Part shown: in pieces, positions 1 to 14,718 of the stretch
How positions within the stretch are numbered: the first letter of the stretch is position 1
Layout: every line of letters begins with the position of its first letter
Assembly: GCA_012295275.1 (NCBI GenBank)
Contig: CM022666.1
Coordinates: 9,052,001-9,116,000, forward strand
Direction of reading: 5' to 3'
Source of the DNA: Chrysomallon squamiferum
Taxonomy: Eukaryota; Animalia; Mollusca
DNA length: 64,000 nucleotides
Position numbers and translations under genes: made by a program
The notes under the pieces: generated by a model
Seen by the model: only the letters and a program-made list of their open reading frames with translations
Databases searched by the model: none
Told to the model about the DNA's origin: nothing

Positions 1-1179
1 ATATATCCTATCTGCCATGCTTTCTGAAGCAGAACTGATTTTGTTTTTTTTCCTTTCATCTATTTCACAAAATACTTATCAATATGTCTAAATTTAATTT
101 CATAAATAGACAATTTACTTTTGTTTCCTGTTTGCAGGTTTTTTTTCAACATAAACATTTACTCTGTTTTATTTATATATATATTTACTTTAATATTAAT
201 AGTTTTTGTAATCATGAAATCCATTGAATATTTTGAAGAAAAAAAACAAAAACTTATTGATTATATAATATATGCTGAGAAAAAAACAAAAAACAAATAA
301 AAAGCATTCAGATGTATTAAAAGGGCTATATTCAAAAGCTTTAAAAACACACAATTTGTGATGTATAATTTAAAGATTCTTCCAAACAAAACAAACAAAT
401 GACAGAGAGATAACTCCACTACTAGCATTTAATATATATATATATATATATATATATTTGTATTATTAATTTAGTTATGAATTCATGTGCCAATTTTTAT
501 CACATATACATGGTTATTGGAATTCATTTGAATAAAATTAAAACAAAAAACTAATTTATCAAAATAAAACAAACACTCATTTGAACATAACCATGTCAGT
601 ATGTGTTAAAGATATTTTTTAAAATGTAATTGTAAATTTTTATAAATGTAGCAAAAATGAACATATAATACTAGTATCTTAAAGAAAAAAAAAAAAAAGA
701 ATAAATCAAACATCTGTATGTCACCTCTATTTTAAAATGTTAATACATTTGTTGTTTTACTGGGTTTTTTAATCAGTACTGGTAGTGTAGTGTACCAAGC
801 AGGAAACTAGATGTAGTTATTAAATTGTGCTCATATTTTGTCTTGAAAAAGTAACAATATATTTGTGTACAAAGTATATAGGTGTATATAGGTGTGTGTG
901 TGTGTGTGTATTTGCATGTTTTTATGTATATTTATGTATTTGTGTATACAAAATTGCAATCACATTTGTATGTGAGTATATATGTGCTGATTTGTTATAT
1001 TTATTTATGTATAAGGTAATATTATTTCATATCTAAATGAAGATCTATGATTTACAAGATGACAGATGCACAACACAACCCTGTGACTAACAGAGATATT
1101 TGTGTTTTGTACAAACATTGGCTGACTATTTAACATATCTTGCAGGCTAAAATAGTTTCAAGACCAGACTTGTATTATC

Positions 1180-1590
1180 AGCTTATCACTTATACCACTT
1201 ACATACACATAGAGACATTGATCTTTATATTGCCAGATCATGCATAATAGTACATCTTGTGTGCATGTGTGTGTTTGTGTGTATGAGTGCATGTGTGCGA
1301 GATTATCACTACACCATTTACACAGACTTTTATCTTTATATTGCCAGATCACTCATAACTGTGTGTGTGTGTGTGTGTGAGTATGAGTGTGAGTGTGTGT
1401 GTGAGAATATCACTATACTTTAACAGACTTATCTTTATATTGCTAGATCACTCATAATAATGTTTGTTTATGTGTGTGTGTGCGCGTGTGCATGTGTGTG
1501 TGTGTCTGTGCATGTGTGTGAGAGATTATCAATATACTGCATACATGGAATCATTTATCTTCACACTGCCAGATAACTTTAACAGTAGAA
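1180..1590. repeat. Compound minisatellite: ~60-bp core alternating with (TG)n, about 4 units
   Basis: A core resembling TATCACTA...ACAGACTT.ATCTTTATATTGCCAGATCA.TCATAA recurs at ~1185, ~1303, ~1408 and ~1525, separated by TG-rich tracts. Confidence 0.75.
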
Positions 1591-2342
1591 GGCTCTGTTG
1601 TGTATGTTTAAGTACGTATGTATGTATTATGTGTGTGTGTGTGTGTGTGTATCTGTGTCAATCCATATCAGTGTCTATATGTTTGTAAGTTCAAAGAAAG
1701 TATGTATGTCTGTGCATGTATGTGCAAGAGAGAAAATGTTTGTGTGTGTGCATCTGCATGTTTGCATGTGTTTTTTCTATGTGAATACATATGGATAATC
1801 TTATGCATGTATGTGTATTACTCATTATACAAGTTTATGTGCATGTACTTTAGGCACATTTTTAAATAATTGGTACACAAAAAAAAAATAGAATCTTTTA
1901 TATAGGCTATCATCTAAATTAAAATAAAACTAAATGCAAGAGAATGCTATTTATAAAAAAAACACAGTACTTATAAAAATTAAAATTAAAATTAAATTGA
2001 TGGGAAGACAGAGAATAGACAGAGGGAAACAAAGAGAAAAAGACATGCAGTGTGCAAGAGAAGAAATAGAGAAATACACAGAGATTGTCGAACAGTTGAA
2101 CACAAGATTAGTAGACTGAGAAAATACAAAATGTAATAAAATATAAATTTTTGTTTTGTTTTATCACCACACTCACACCCACACATATACACACACACAT
2201 ATGCACACATGCATGCACACACATGCATAACACACACACACAGAGACACACTTCAGTGTCTTGTAGTGACAGATAATCAATGTTAGAACTGCATTTTCTT
2301 TTTATCCTACTGCAGGCATTTCCATTTATTATTGCTATTGTC

Positions 2343-2377
<35 letters not shown>

Positions 2378-3074
2378 CAAAAGCCTTCTGTATGTATCAT
2401 TAATCAATATCATCAGTGGTGTAAAAGAGAAACAACACAAAGAGCTGAAAATAAATCCTCTAATGCAGATAATACAAAAATAGACTAGAACAAAAATATA
2501 TATATCTTTTTTCGCAACAGCCACATGAAAAAGGAGAACTATTTGTTTTTACTCTGAACACAACAGTAAACACAAAACATGAGCAGTGAACCAAAATCAA
2601 CACAACTCCTGTCAGCTCTATAAACACAGCCACACACAACTGACCACAACCAGAATTACCTCCCTTGTCTGCAACTTTCCCCTTTCTCTCAATCTTCACG
2701 CCCTTTCTCTTCCTACCCTCCGTCCGTCAGTCTGTCTGCTGTCCAGCCTACACAAACCACACACCAGCCCTACTTGATCTTACTCCAACGACCTTGCCAG
2801 GGTTTTCCATCCCACAATTCATGCTGACCTTGTTTGGCTCAAACCAAGCATATTTTGGATCAATAAAACTGTGGCCATTCTCTATGCATGGAAACCACTC
2901 ACTGCATGCTTTTCCAGACTGATGCATGAAGCTGCATGTTCAATCTCAACCAGCTAAACACTAAACTGGAGTTTATAAATATCTCAAATTAATTCACATA
3001 CAAAATCTTTTCTAGTTTGGTTAAAAGTGTATGGCTATAACAGATAGGGGCTGAATATGGAAAACTTGTGTTGC

Positions 3075-3077
<3 letters not shown>

Positions 3078-3171
<94 letters not shown>
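3078..3171. repeat. (TG)n microsatellite
   Basis: Pure TG run, directly visible. Confidence 0.95.
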
Positions 3172-3173
<2 letters not shown>

Positions 3174-6100
3174 CGTGTACATATCTGTATGTTCATGTAT
3201 GTTCATGTGTGTTCATGTATGTATGTATGTATGTATGTATATGTATCATGTGTATAGCAGGGCTGTTCTTTTTCTGTAACTGATATATCTATTACATAAT
3301 TATTATATGCACACACACACACAATTTTTCTGAAAGTAATTTTAGTCTTGAAGAAAAATCTTCAAACATAAGAAAAGTCTAGTTAATAAAAACTGGGCTC
3401 AAATATTAACTATATAAGTTCTTCAAGTCTGACTTTGGACAACAATTTTTTTATTCAATATATGTGATAAACATCTGGTCACAGTGACATTCACAATGAA
3501 ATATTTGTTAGTTAACTAACTGCTGTCATATCACCATGGTCTACATATCAACAGATAGGTTGTATTCATTTTGAAATGAACAGAATAGCACAATGTGATT
3601 TAAATTAAATCTAGATATATATATATATATATATACATATATACAATCATACACACTCACATACATACACACACATAAAAATGAGTCTTGAAGTAAAGAA
3701 CCTATTCAAAGAAACAACAAAATAAATAAAATTTTGTATAATAAATATACATGAAAAAGAATGAACATTAATTTTAAAAATTAAGTTCATAATGTAAATA
3801 TAAACTGCAGCAGCAGTAGCTTGAGGATTGTTTGCTTTTTAGTTTTATATTTATTTATCAAGTCTCTGCTTCATAGGTGGTCCATGCACCAATACTACAG
3901 GAATCAACAACATTATCAAGATTACTACATAAAACAGTCACAATTAGTACATAGTAATGTCAGCATTATTGCTCAGTACTGTCAGGATTAATCCACAGTA
4001 TTGTCAGAATTACTCACAGCACTATCCGAATTAGTGCAGAATATTTCCAATACAAGTCCATAGTACTGTCAGGCAGTCAATGCAGCAATGTAAATAGTCT
4101 GTAGAACATTGCTAGTACTAATCCATAGTAGTCAATACTACTCCATTAAACAGTCATTAAAACAGTGTCAGTATTCATCAGTAAACCCATGTCAGTTCTA
4201 GTCACTGGAATTATCTAAACAGTCCACAGAACAGTGTCTGTGATAATATCACAAACATAAATGGAATTATGCCAGAAATTATCAGATTCTTAATGTAGAA
4301 TAGTGTAATAGTTCATAGTAAGTAGCAGTCCATGGACTACGTCATAATGGTTCATGGAACGCTAACAATAATAATCCATGGAACAGTGTTACTAGTGGTC
4401 CATATATGTGTATTACTAGTTGTGCATGAATGTATGGGAAGTAGCCATCGAACAAGAAAGACCAGATAATGACACCCTATTTCAATAACAGTGGCTACTG
4501 TATGGTCAGCATGGTCAGTGATAGTTTAGGCTGACCAACAGTATGTTTGTCATTGAACATGTCTTTCCTTCTATTACATCACTTCCTGTCCAGTCATGCA
4601 AGTGACAGACATCACGTTTCACCTGATCAATAGTGCACCAGATTGAAGCTAATCACCCCTCCTCTCCCCCAGACCCTCTTGCCACAATCTGGCTGTCAGT
4701 GAGACACATGCTATAACACATACACTAGTTTATTCAGTTTTATTTTATTTTTAATTTTTTACTGGTTTTTTAAACTGTTTTGGTTTTTTTTTTTTTTTAA
4801 TGAATATAGAAATCATTAATAAAATTTACTGAAATAAAAAAATGGTAAAATTTTGAAATATTAAAAAAATAATAAATAATGATAAAATAAAATTATAAAT
4901 ATTATCAGAACCTCAGATTTAAATAATTTTAAAATTTTCTTATTTTGCTTTACTTTTTTAATTATTCATTTTATTACTTTATTTTTTTTTTTTAATAATT
5001 TATTTATTATTTTATTATTATTATTTGTTTACCATGTTATCACAGCAAAAGTTCCAATATCAGTGGCAAATTGTTGTTATATCCTGAATGTCACAGTTGA
5101 GCGAATCTACTGTAACAACAGATGGTGTGCACAAGGGAGCCGCAGTGAACAAAGACAGTAACAATTGTAACAAAGAAGAGAGAAGCAGTGATGGGTGTGT
5201 ACACACACAGCTGTTTGTTCTGACTCAAGTATGTGTGCATCAGCACATGCACATGTCATGTACCTGCAAACATGCACTGTAGCAAGAGTAGAGTGATCTC
5301 TCTTAGTGGTTAAATAATGTCAGGTGAAATAAAAATTAAAATGTTTTGTTATAATAAAATGGAAATTAGAAATGTGTTGTCTAAAAAGTGAACAATGAAG
5401 CTGTGGAAGGAGGTAGGGAAATGTGAAATACTAATTACACAAATTTTTTCATACTCACATACGCAAACAAGCATATACACATACACACAAAGACACACAC
5501 ACACAGTGACATACAAACAACTGTCTATCTGAAATCCATTTCCCTTTCTCCCTATCTTTCACAAACAAAATCAATCATGGTCACAAAAATTATCCTATTG
5601 TTTTGTATTTTTTGTTTTTTTTACAAAGAAGAAAAAATAAAATAAAAGATCTTTCTGTAAAGGTCACCAGTGACTATAAACACTTGAGCCATTGCTGTCT
5701 GCCTGGAGGTGGACTGAAGTACAGAACACAGGTGTGTACACACAATCTTCTAGCAGCCTATGAGGAGCGGCTGTTAGTAGACACCAGTTGTCTGGGTGTC
5801 TGGTTTTCTCCACTCACAGTGAACTGTACATGAGGTTAGCAGTTCAGACACACAGTAGAGATAGGTAAAGATTTAATAATGAGGAAGATATGATAAATGA
5901 AAATAGTTGTGAAAAGAAAAGAAATGAAGGTAGACATTTTTTTTTTTTTTTTTTTAAAGAAAAATTGTAAAAAACAAAACAGATATTATAAGACAAAGAA
6001 GAGATACCTGGCGAGTTAAAAAAAAATAATAATAAAATATTTTTTATTTAAATACAGAAAAAAGAGAAATAATAATATAAAAGCTGGTATGAATGAAAGA

Positions 6101-9100
6101 AGGATGTGAGAAAGGGACATAGAAAAGAAAAAACAGGGCAGGGAAAGATGAAGGTAGAATAAGGAACACAAAATAAGAGAAAAGGAAAACAAGAAAAGAA
6201 AGTGAAGAGTAAAGTAACATGTGGCTGGTCAGTACATTTTCTCAGTGTTTCTTTTATCCACATTTCTAAAAGCAGCATCCTGGTCGCATCCTGGTTCCCA
6301 CATCATTCGGACATGAATCCCAGCATCACAGGTTACCTGGACAAGAATGTTGGTTTAACAATGACCCGTTACAATGGAAACCATTTGATACAAGGATAAG
6401 GAATGTGAGTTTATCACCTCAGCGTAAGTGTTCATCATTTTACACATGACTGCAGCTAAGACCTGTCAAATCTATAAGTGTTGAAATTTTTATAACCATT
6501 GGAAATTTACCTGGATATGAATGAACTTAATGACATATAAACCATCTGGTACCGTAACAAGAAGTATTCTGATAGTAAAATACTTCATGTTTTAATGGCA
6601 AAAAAAAAAAACCCACAAGTTTGGTTGTTGTATTTGGCTACATATTTTATTTCAATTCCTACAAGAAAAGAAAAAATTAGTATTTACCTGTGAATTTGGA
6701 AAATAACATACAAGTATTTTTATTATTTAATATTTAATTTTTTTTTTTTTTTTTTGATTACTGTATCATTTCTTTTTTCCTTCAGTTATTATCGACATTC
6801 ATGGACAAATGATACACCGAAAATAGCCAGACATCATTAAATTTACAATGAATTGTCATTTTATAGTTCCAGTGAGTTAGACACTTTTTCTGAACGAGTT
6901 TTATGTTTTTGCTTTTTTTGTTTCACACAGCTGGTTGTGTTTGTCAAGAAAGGACTCGCAACATTTAACATCAGAGCTGATATCCCTAGTTGTGCAATAG
7001 ATAGATCCATAACCCACTGACCTAAATATGAGAATTCCAGCCCACTGGGTTAGTGCTTCCATGTACAGGTAACACTAGACAGATGTCTACATACAGCTAT
7101 TTTAAGTATTTTACAACAGTTTATCAATCACACTTTACTGCTGTACTTTATCTCAATACATTTACGTGTGTATGCGTATATATGTGTGCATGCATGTGTA
7201 ATTAAAAATAAGAGGAAAATAAAGGTATTCTTAAAAATGAAAATGGTATGCATTTTTAAAATGAATAAATGTACTGATTGTTTCAATGAAATCCAAGACT
7301 TAAGAAAGGCTGAGTTATACAGCATGCACAACCACTCACACACACACACACACACATTTATAACATAACATAGGCTGTCTACATTAAAGCAAACTGGCTG
7401 CCAAAATTTTGTGAAATAAATTGAATATTCTTTTAAAATACTAACAAATCAAAAAAATAAATAAATAAATAAATAAATAAATATTTTTCAAATGTTTAAA
7501 AAAAAAAAAAAAAAAAAAAAGCCATTCTTTTTAAAGTAACTTCTCAAGATTTTGATTTGTCATCTTAACATTTTTTTAATTTTTTTTTTGGAAAAGAGCT
7601 TTACATGTGAACTTTGCATAGAAGTAGGTAAATGAGCTAATGAGCAAGGACTTGTACATAATCTACAAGTACACATACTGTAAGTACCCAGACCTACAGG
7701 CAAGTGCTGATAAAATTTCAAGACGCTTTAATTACTTGTTCAAACCAACATAAACAGAGAGAAATAGTATTTAAAGGTAATTCAGACATATACTCGGACA
7801 CACAGACTCTAACACACACACAGAAGCACTATACACACATGTAACCCACTTTCATTCTTTTGTACAGTATACAAACATATTCACATAAACAAACACACAA
7901 ATGCATACTACAAAGCAAACCATTAAACATACTAAATTATATATATATTCTACAGTACACACACAGACACCCACACAGCCACTCACATGTATAGCAATGT
8001 GGAACATGTGTTTAATCTAAAGCAGATAAAATTTCTTCCTAGTTTCATTGTGTATCCTGATATGTAATAAAGATTACATGTAAAGGTTTACATCACACTT
8101 GATTATACATACATCTATACGAAACCCTTCCCCACCCCTTGCAGACAAGGGCATTTAAAATTTGATACTTTCTTAACACACACACACACACACACGTGAT
8201 AAAATTTCTCTTTATTATATAAATAGTTATACATAAGTACTTTTCAAGACCTGTTATTAAATGTATTTTCAAAACCAACAATATTCTGTTACAAGCAAGT
8301 ATGAAACTGAAAATGTGTAACATCAACATCAGATTATACATGTTTTTTCTGGTTATTATTAGTGGTATAAATACATCTGTCAACACCATTTAGTTTGTGT
8401 GTGTGTGTGTGGATATATGTAGATATAGATATATACATATGTATGTATATAAGCACGTATGTAGTATTGTATGTATGTATATTTGTTCATATATGTATGT
8501 AGATAGGCAAATTAGGATGTACCTGTATAAATATGTATAAATGTATGTCTAAATGAACATACATGTACACATTTACATACTATGCGTCTGCATCATTCAA
8601 CATATTATTGTTCTTCTTCTTTTACAAGTACTAAAATGACAGATACCAGATCTATTTATAAATTATTTACTAAAGATTTGTTTTTCAAATATCATTATTA
8701 AAGTACATCAATCAAGTTGACTGTATTATAAAATCAGCAGTCATGATGGTGATGTTGAATATGTAACATTATTTCTGTAGTGAGTATTTTAATTACTTAT
8801 TACATCTATATTGCAGCTAAACAGCTGCCAAAGATTAGTTAATTTTTAATTTTACTTGTTCATTTACATATAAATTAACATTTAAATTTATCAACCAGAT
8901 GATGATGAGGCAAAAATGCTTTGGTTTAATTTATTTTACCTTTTATTTATTTATTTTATTTTATTTTAAATATATTTTTTTTAAACTTTTTTTATTAGTT
9001 TTGTTATAATTTTTTTTTGGGGGGGGGAATGTTTTGGTTGCATAATAATAATAATAGTATATACGAAATAATAAAATATAAAATAATTAATCAAATAAAA

Positions 9101-11924
9101 ATCATTAAAAATGTATTATCTTGTTCTAGGGGTTTTCCAAAATATAAATATTTACAGATTATTTTCTAATACAGTACATCATCACATCATTCATTGAACA
9201 AAGTGAAATACATTTTAATTTATAATCAGTTTTAAATAAATAATTCCAGTCATTTTAATGCACAGATAGGTACATATTACATACATAATTAACACTATTT
9301 TCTACAACCTAATTAGTTTGGAATCCTAATTATTTGTATAACCTTGTATATTCATATAAGCACCTAATATCTGCACATGCAACTCAGACTACATTCATAC
9401 ATTAAGCCATACTTTTATTTTTGTCTATCTTTTAAAACTATCTCAAAAATTGTTGATGTTTATTTTATTTTTTTTAATCCAAATTTGACCTGTTCACACA
9501 TTAACACCCAGTATTAAGTATGAAGTTTATGTACTTATAAATTTGATTAAGGTTCATTTTTATTTATTTTACAACTTAACAACCAACACAAAAGGATTGT
9601 GAACAGTAAACTATCTGAACAGCATTAATGTCTACCCTACATCAGTGACTTCAGAGTCAGACAAGCTGATGAAATTTGTTGCTAATTCTCTGCCTGTACC
9701 TCCCATCTTTAATCAGACTCAAGCAGACATAAAGCCAACAAAGACAAAGAGAAGAAAATGACAAAAAAGACTGGACGTGCAATATTACACGTAGCTCACG
9801 TAATAAATATTTTAAAAATGTCTAACACCACAACACACACACACACACACACATTTGGCTAGCCTAAACTATAAATAGCAAGTCTTTGTCAGTTGGTTCA
9901 TTGTAAAGTTCAATGGGTCACTGTCCTGATACTATAGTACAGACATTTAATTTCACTTTTTTAGTACTACTAGTGGACAATGAAAATAATACATGCTCTT
10001 ACCTAGAAGAGAGATGAGTAGAGAGTAAATCCAAGTATATCCAAGAAAAGTCTTTGTTTTGCCTTAGTCAGCAGTGCAAATGTAAAACATGTACAGACAC
10101 TGCTCTGTGAAACAGGCCAAGTCAGAGCTCACAGACAGAGGTCAAGCTTCCATATAAAGGCAAAGGTCGCTGAGCATGCCCAGTGAGGCAGAGGTGGCTG
10201 GTCAAGCTCTGTGACAAGCCAATGAAGCTGGGGGATGGACTTTGTTTTATGTGGGGGCGGTGGAGGGCAGCCCAAAAATGTGATCAGCTGTTTGTGTATG
10301 TTTTCCATGTGTTGTTTCCTGTTTCTGTGTTAAACTGTGTTTACTTTGATCTCACTCTCTATCTTGTTCTTGGACAGCAGAGAATATTATATTACACTCA
10401 CATACTGGAAAAAGTTTTTATTACTTATTTATTTACCATAAAATTATTTTTTCATAGCTGTCAGTAGTATTAAAGATAAAAGATTTATTCACTATACAAT
10501 ACAAACAGCCAGAAAGACACTGAAATAAACATTTAATTTATTTATTTATTTACTTTTTTTTTATATTTGTGTTATTTGTAAGAAAGAATTCTGAGTTGAA
10601 AGTTTAATTTAAAAGTTTAGTTAATATAAATTAATTATCAGACAACAAATTTTTAATTAAAAAAATTACTTTGTTTTCAGATTCTAACCATTTTAAAACT
10701 TCTGGTACTGTTTCAAAGCCTGTAATATTGTTTTAAATTTATTTGAAGTATATGATGTGTGCTTGTGTCTGTCTGTATGTATGTGTTTGTGCATGTGATC
10801 AAATATACAAAATCCCTTGCTATCAATATACTTAATTTTTAAATAAAAGATTCCTGAACAAATGGCTGACACCTGATAACTCGGAGCTGGGTAATACTAT
10901 AGCAAGTGACAGGGACAAGTGATACAGATACAAACTGAAACAAACTGTGGAAATAATTAACCTTGAAATGTCAGTTTCTTGTTACTCATTTTTAATACAA
11001 CACTCTGGGAACAGTCCAGTTTTAAATGAAAAAAAAATTAGGAGCAACATTATAACAAAAATTAAAATAATTATATAAATTTTAAAAATACACTTAGTAG
11101 TTTTGTGAACACATACACAAAAATGTACACTGACACACACACAACATATACATATATATGTACATATATAAGGACACACTGCATGGTTAGATTTGTTGTA
11201 TGAAAGTCTAATTAGTTTCAAATAATATTTGTACAAAAATCAAATACAGATACAGAAATAAAAATACACACACCCACACGCCAATACACATGCAGAAATA
11301 CTCCAACACACACATACACACACACACATTCTCAAGAACTCTCGTTCTGGTATAGTGTAAGTATTTCGTAATACCACAAAGTCCGATTAGTTTCCACTGT
11401 TACTATGAAATAAGATGTGCAAAAATCAATACCTCAACTCAGATATGTAAATCATATGCAGGCACACATATCATATAGAATTTGTTGTTTGGGGTTTATT
11501 TTTAATTAAAAAATATACCACTAAGCATTTCAAAATGACAATCAACATGCATTTGCAGAGCAAATAAAGAAAAAAGGTATGAACATGAACACATTTAATT
11601 GATTTTTTAAATACTTAAAAAGTTTTAAATTAATGTGTATGTAATGTGCCACATTAATGAAAAATTAAATTCTATGAATTTTGAAAAAACCAGATGCAAA
11701 ATGTAGCATGTATGTGTATGTATATGCATGTACTTATGTATATCTGTGATTAAAATAATATTAAAATTAGAAATTATTTTTTTCTTCAAACTGCAAAACC
11801 AATAATTCATTATAAATTAAAAAAGAAAGGAAAAAAAAAAGAAAGAAAAATCCATGTTGTATGAACATGTTTGTTCAACTGTTTGCTGTATTTCATTTAA
11901 AATTTACTACTTTTGGACATAGAT

Positions 11925-12800
11925 CAGGGGTGGGCAAATATTTTTTCCATGGGGCCACATGAAAAACAGAAAATATTGTGGAGGGCTGGGCCAAAAGGCT
12001 TAACTCAATTCTGCATAATATTAATTGTATTTCTTTATAAAAAGCTGTAAATAGCATTGTTTTGACAAGCTGGTAAGACTGGTATATGTTATGATTAAAC
12101 AATGAAAAAGTGAGGTTGCCTTATAAAAAATGTCATTTGTTAGTTCTGCAGAGACCACCAAGCACTCTTTGACAAACTCCCCCTCCAAGAATGGCTTACT
12201 GTTTTTAGCAATTTTGTAGGATACCATAAAGCTAGTCTTGGGTGCTGCATCCCTGGATGTGTGAAGCTTGGTAAAAAAAAGCTTGCTGCTTTTGTAGCTT
12301 AGCTAGCAAAGCTTCCAATGTCCACGCCCTTTCAGCATCAGGCAAGTTTTTGTATTTTTCCACGTTTCATCTGGTAATGCCAACTCAAATTGTAATCCTT
12401 AAACATGGCGATCTGCTCTCCACATATTAAACACATGGCTTTACCTCCGACTTCAGTAAATAAATACTTAGCCATCCATTTTTTTGTTGAAAACCCTGCA
12501 TTCAGCATCTATCTACCTTTATTTTTTTAGCATGAGCAGACACTTTGAAGGCTAAAGTCATATTGCAACCTGCTTATGACAACTATTAAATCACACACAC
12601 ATCTTGATTTATGTATTGCGTTATTTTGTATGTGAATAAAAAAGCACCTTCAAAATAAAAGTAATACAGCTTTAGTCCACGCATGAGGTGAAATTAGAAA
12701 ATATGTTTATTTTGTAATTCCCAGTTAACCTTACATGGGCCGGTCAGAGTCAAGCAAAGGGTTGTATGTGGCCTGGGGGGCCATAAAATGTCCAGGTATG
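11925..12800 (-). mobile_element. Internally deleted hAT (Buster-type, GTF2IRD2/SPIN-like) DNA transposon
   Basis: Perfect 8-bp TSD ACATAGAT at 11917-11924 and 12801-12808, with the central TA typical of Buster elements. Left end is CAGGGGTGGGCAAA; right end is decayed. The minus strand carries a frameshifted transposase N-terminus (ECRVFNKKW..KYLFTEVGGKAMCLICGEQIAMFKDYNLS.HY...TSFMVSYKIAKNSKPFLEGEFVKECL). It sits in KDM6A intron 5. Confidence 0.9.
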
Positions 12801-13984
12801 ACATAGATCCTACCCTAACTTTGGACCTGACAGAAAATCAAATGACTATAAATAAGGATTTAGATTTTTTGATCATTTCTATAAAAATGAAATATCAGCA
12901 TACATACAAATATCTTTTTTACTGAACAAAATAATCTTCAGTTTTTTTCTTAAAACGAAGTTTGACATTATTCAATGCAACTAGACATGTAGACAAGATC
13001 TCTGACTGGCTTGGACAACCACATTTCTAATGAACATATAATCATGTAATATTTTCAGTTGAGGACACATCATATACCACCAAAAAATTTAAATGATATA
13101 AATTTATGATATAGCTCACTTTAAATTTTAAAAATATTAATATCATTTAAGATTTTTAACACCTGCATGGCATTTATTATATAAATGAATAATATGTTAA
13201 TCATATTTCCTAAATATTGTGTTATAGTTAAGGTAATATTATCCATTAGAATTTATTTTTTTTAACATTGCCAGTCTTTAAGATTTTACAAAACAGTGTT
13301 TCAGTTATAGAACATGTTTTGAAATTTAAAAAAAATTAAATATTTCTCTTAACCAACACTGAACAAACAGATGAATGTGTCAGTTCATGTATTCACACAG
13401 AAGCATGTATTGCTATCATAAACTTCAGAAAAAAAAGAAGAAAGAATAATAATAAAATGAATTTCAGATATAAATGAACAACTGCATGCAAACAAGGACC
13501 ACACTATAGGTTTTGGCCCATGTTAATTATTAACAAAAATATTAGGTCATTTGAAACAACTGTATTGGGATCTCACAGCTAAAAGATACTCATACACCAG
13601 GTTGTCTAGAAAATGACTTATTTCATTATCAAGAAATGAAAAATAATATTAAAAATAATATTAATAATATTAAATAAAAAATATCAATAGATCATTTAAA
13701 ATGCTCTATTTTTGTGGATGTGTATTTTTTTTTTCACTGAATGTTTTGTTTCCTTCTAGTACATCACTTCCTTGGCAGGCAGATTCTGGTTTTCTTTTCA
13801 TAATAATACTCACATTCTCATTCTTTCACTTGACTGGAGAAAAATATCAGAATGTAAACAGTAAAATGTTCCAAGAATCCAAAACTGGTATGTCACAACA
13901 GTAAGAAACAAAATATATGTGAAGAAAAAAAACACAGAAAATGTGACATGAAGAACATGTGACACAAGAGAAAATTGTACTCAC

Positions 13985-14671
13985 CAGTTATATGCATTGT
14001 AGTGGAAGTAAACCAGACCAAGACCATACAGAAAGGGAGAATTCTGAAATAAATAATTTTAATAGAAATGTCATATTGTTCATAACAAACCTTTACTTAT
14101 TATAATATATATTTGAGGGGTTTTGGAGTGGGGGTTAAAAAAATTATTGTCAGTATTTAATCTTAACAGTTTTAACTGGATTTTAATTTACTTTTGATTA
14201 TCACTTCTTTTTCAAAAAAAAAAAAAAAAAATCAATTATACATTTCTTTTTATATTTCTGGTTTATCTATTTTTACTATCTGTATTTTAATCTGAACATC
14301 TGAAAGTTGTAAAGAATAAAAAATAATAAAGTGCTCTGATGGAAACATTGATTTTATTTCTTACTTTTTATTTTTTATGTTTTTTATTTAATGTTTATTA
14401 TTACTTTCTATTTTTTTTTAAAAAGAAGAAATTACTGACTCATACTGAAACAGGTGGTTTACAGAATTTCAGGCATGGAGGTAATTATTAATATCATTTT
14501 TACAGAAATATAAGATGAAAACATAAGAAAAATCACTGTTTGATAGCATGAAACATATTGTATTTATATTAGTAACAAAATACATCCTAGACCCAAAATA
14601 ATAAAACAGTGTATTATATACTGCATCTACAAAACACACTTATGCCACATTTCCATGTATATGTGTATGGA

Positions 14672-14718
<47 letters not shown>

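Noticed and set aside
2829-2927. Minus-strand ATG...AAG|GTCAGC segment (MHQSGKACSEWFPCIENGHSFIDPKYAWFEPNK) as an alternative KDM6A first exon
   Set aside because: It ends in phase 0, whereas the next KDM6A exon needs phase 2, and I recognise no homology.
827-3279. Many CV/HT/YI-repeat ORFs in the track, here and throughout the window
   Set aside because: They are translations of (TG)n, (CA)n, (TA)n, (CT)n or (TAT)n microsatellites with no protein signal.
6380-6445. ATGATGA...CTGA on the minus strand as an intronic C/D snoRNA
   Set aside because: Only 9 nt separate the boxes, and there is no terminal D box or stem.
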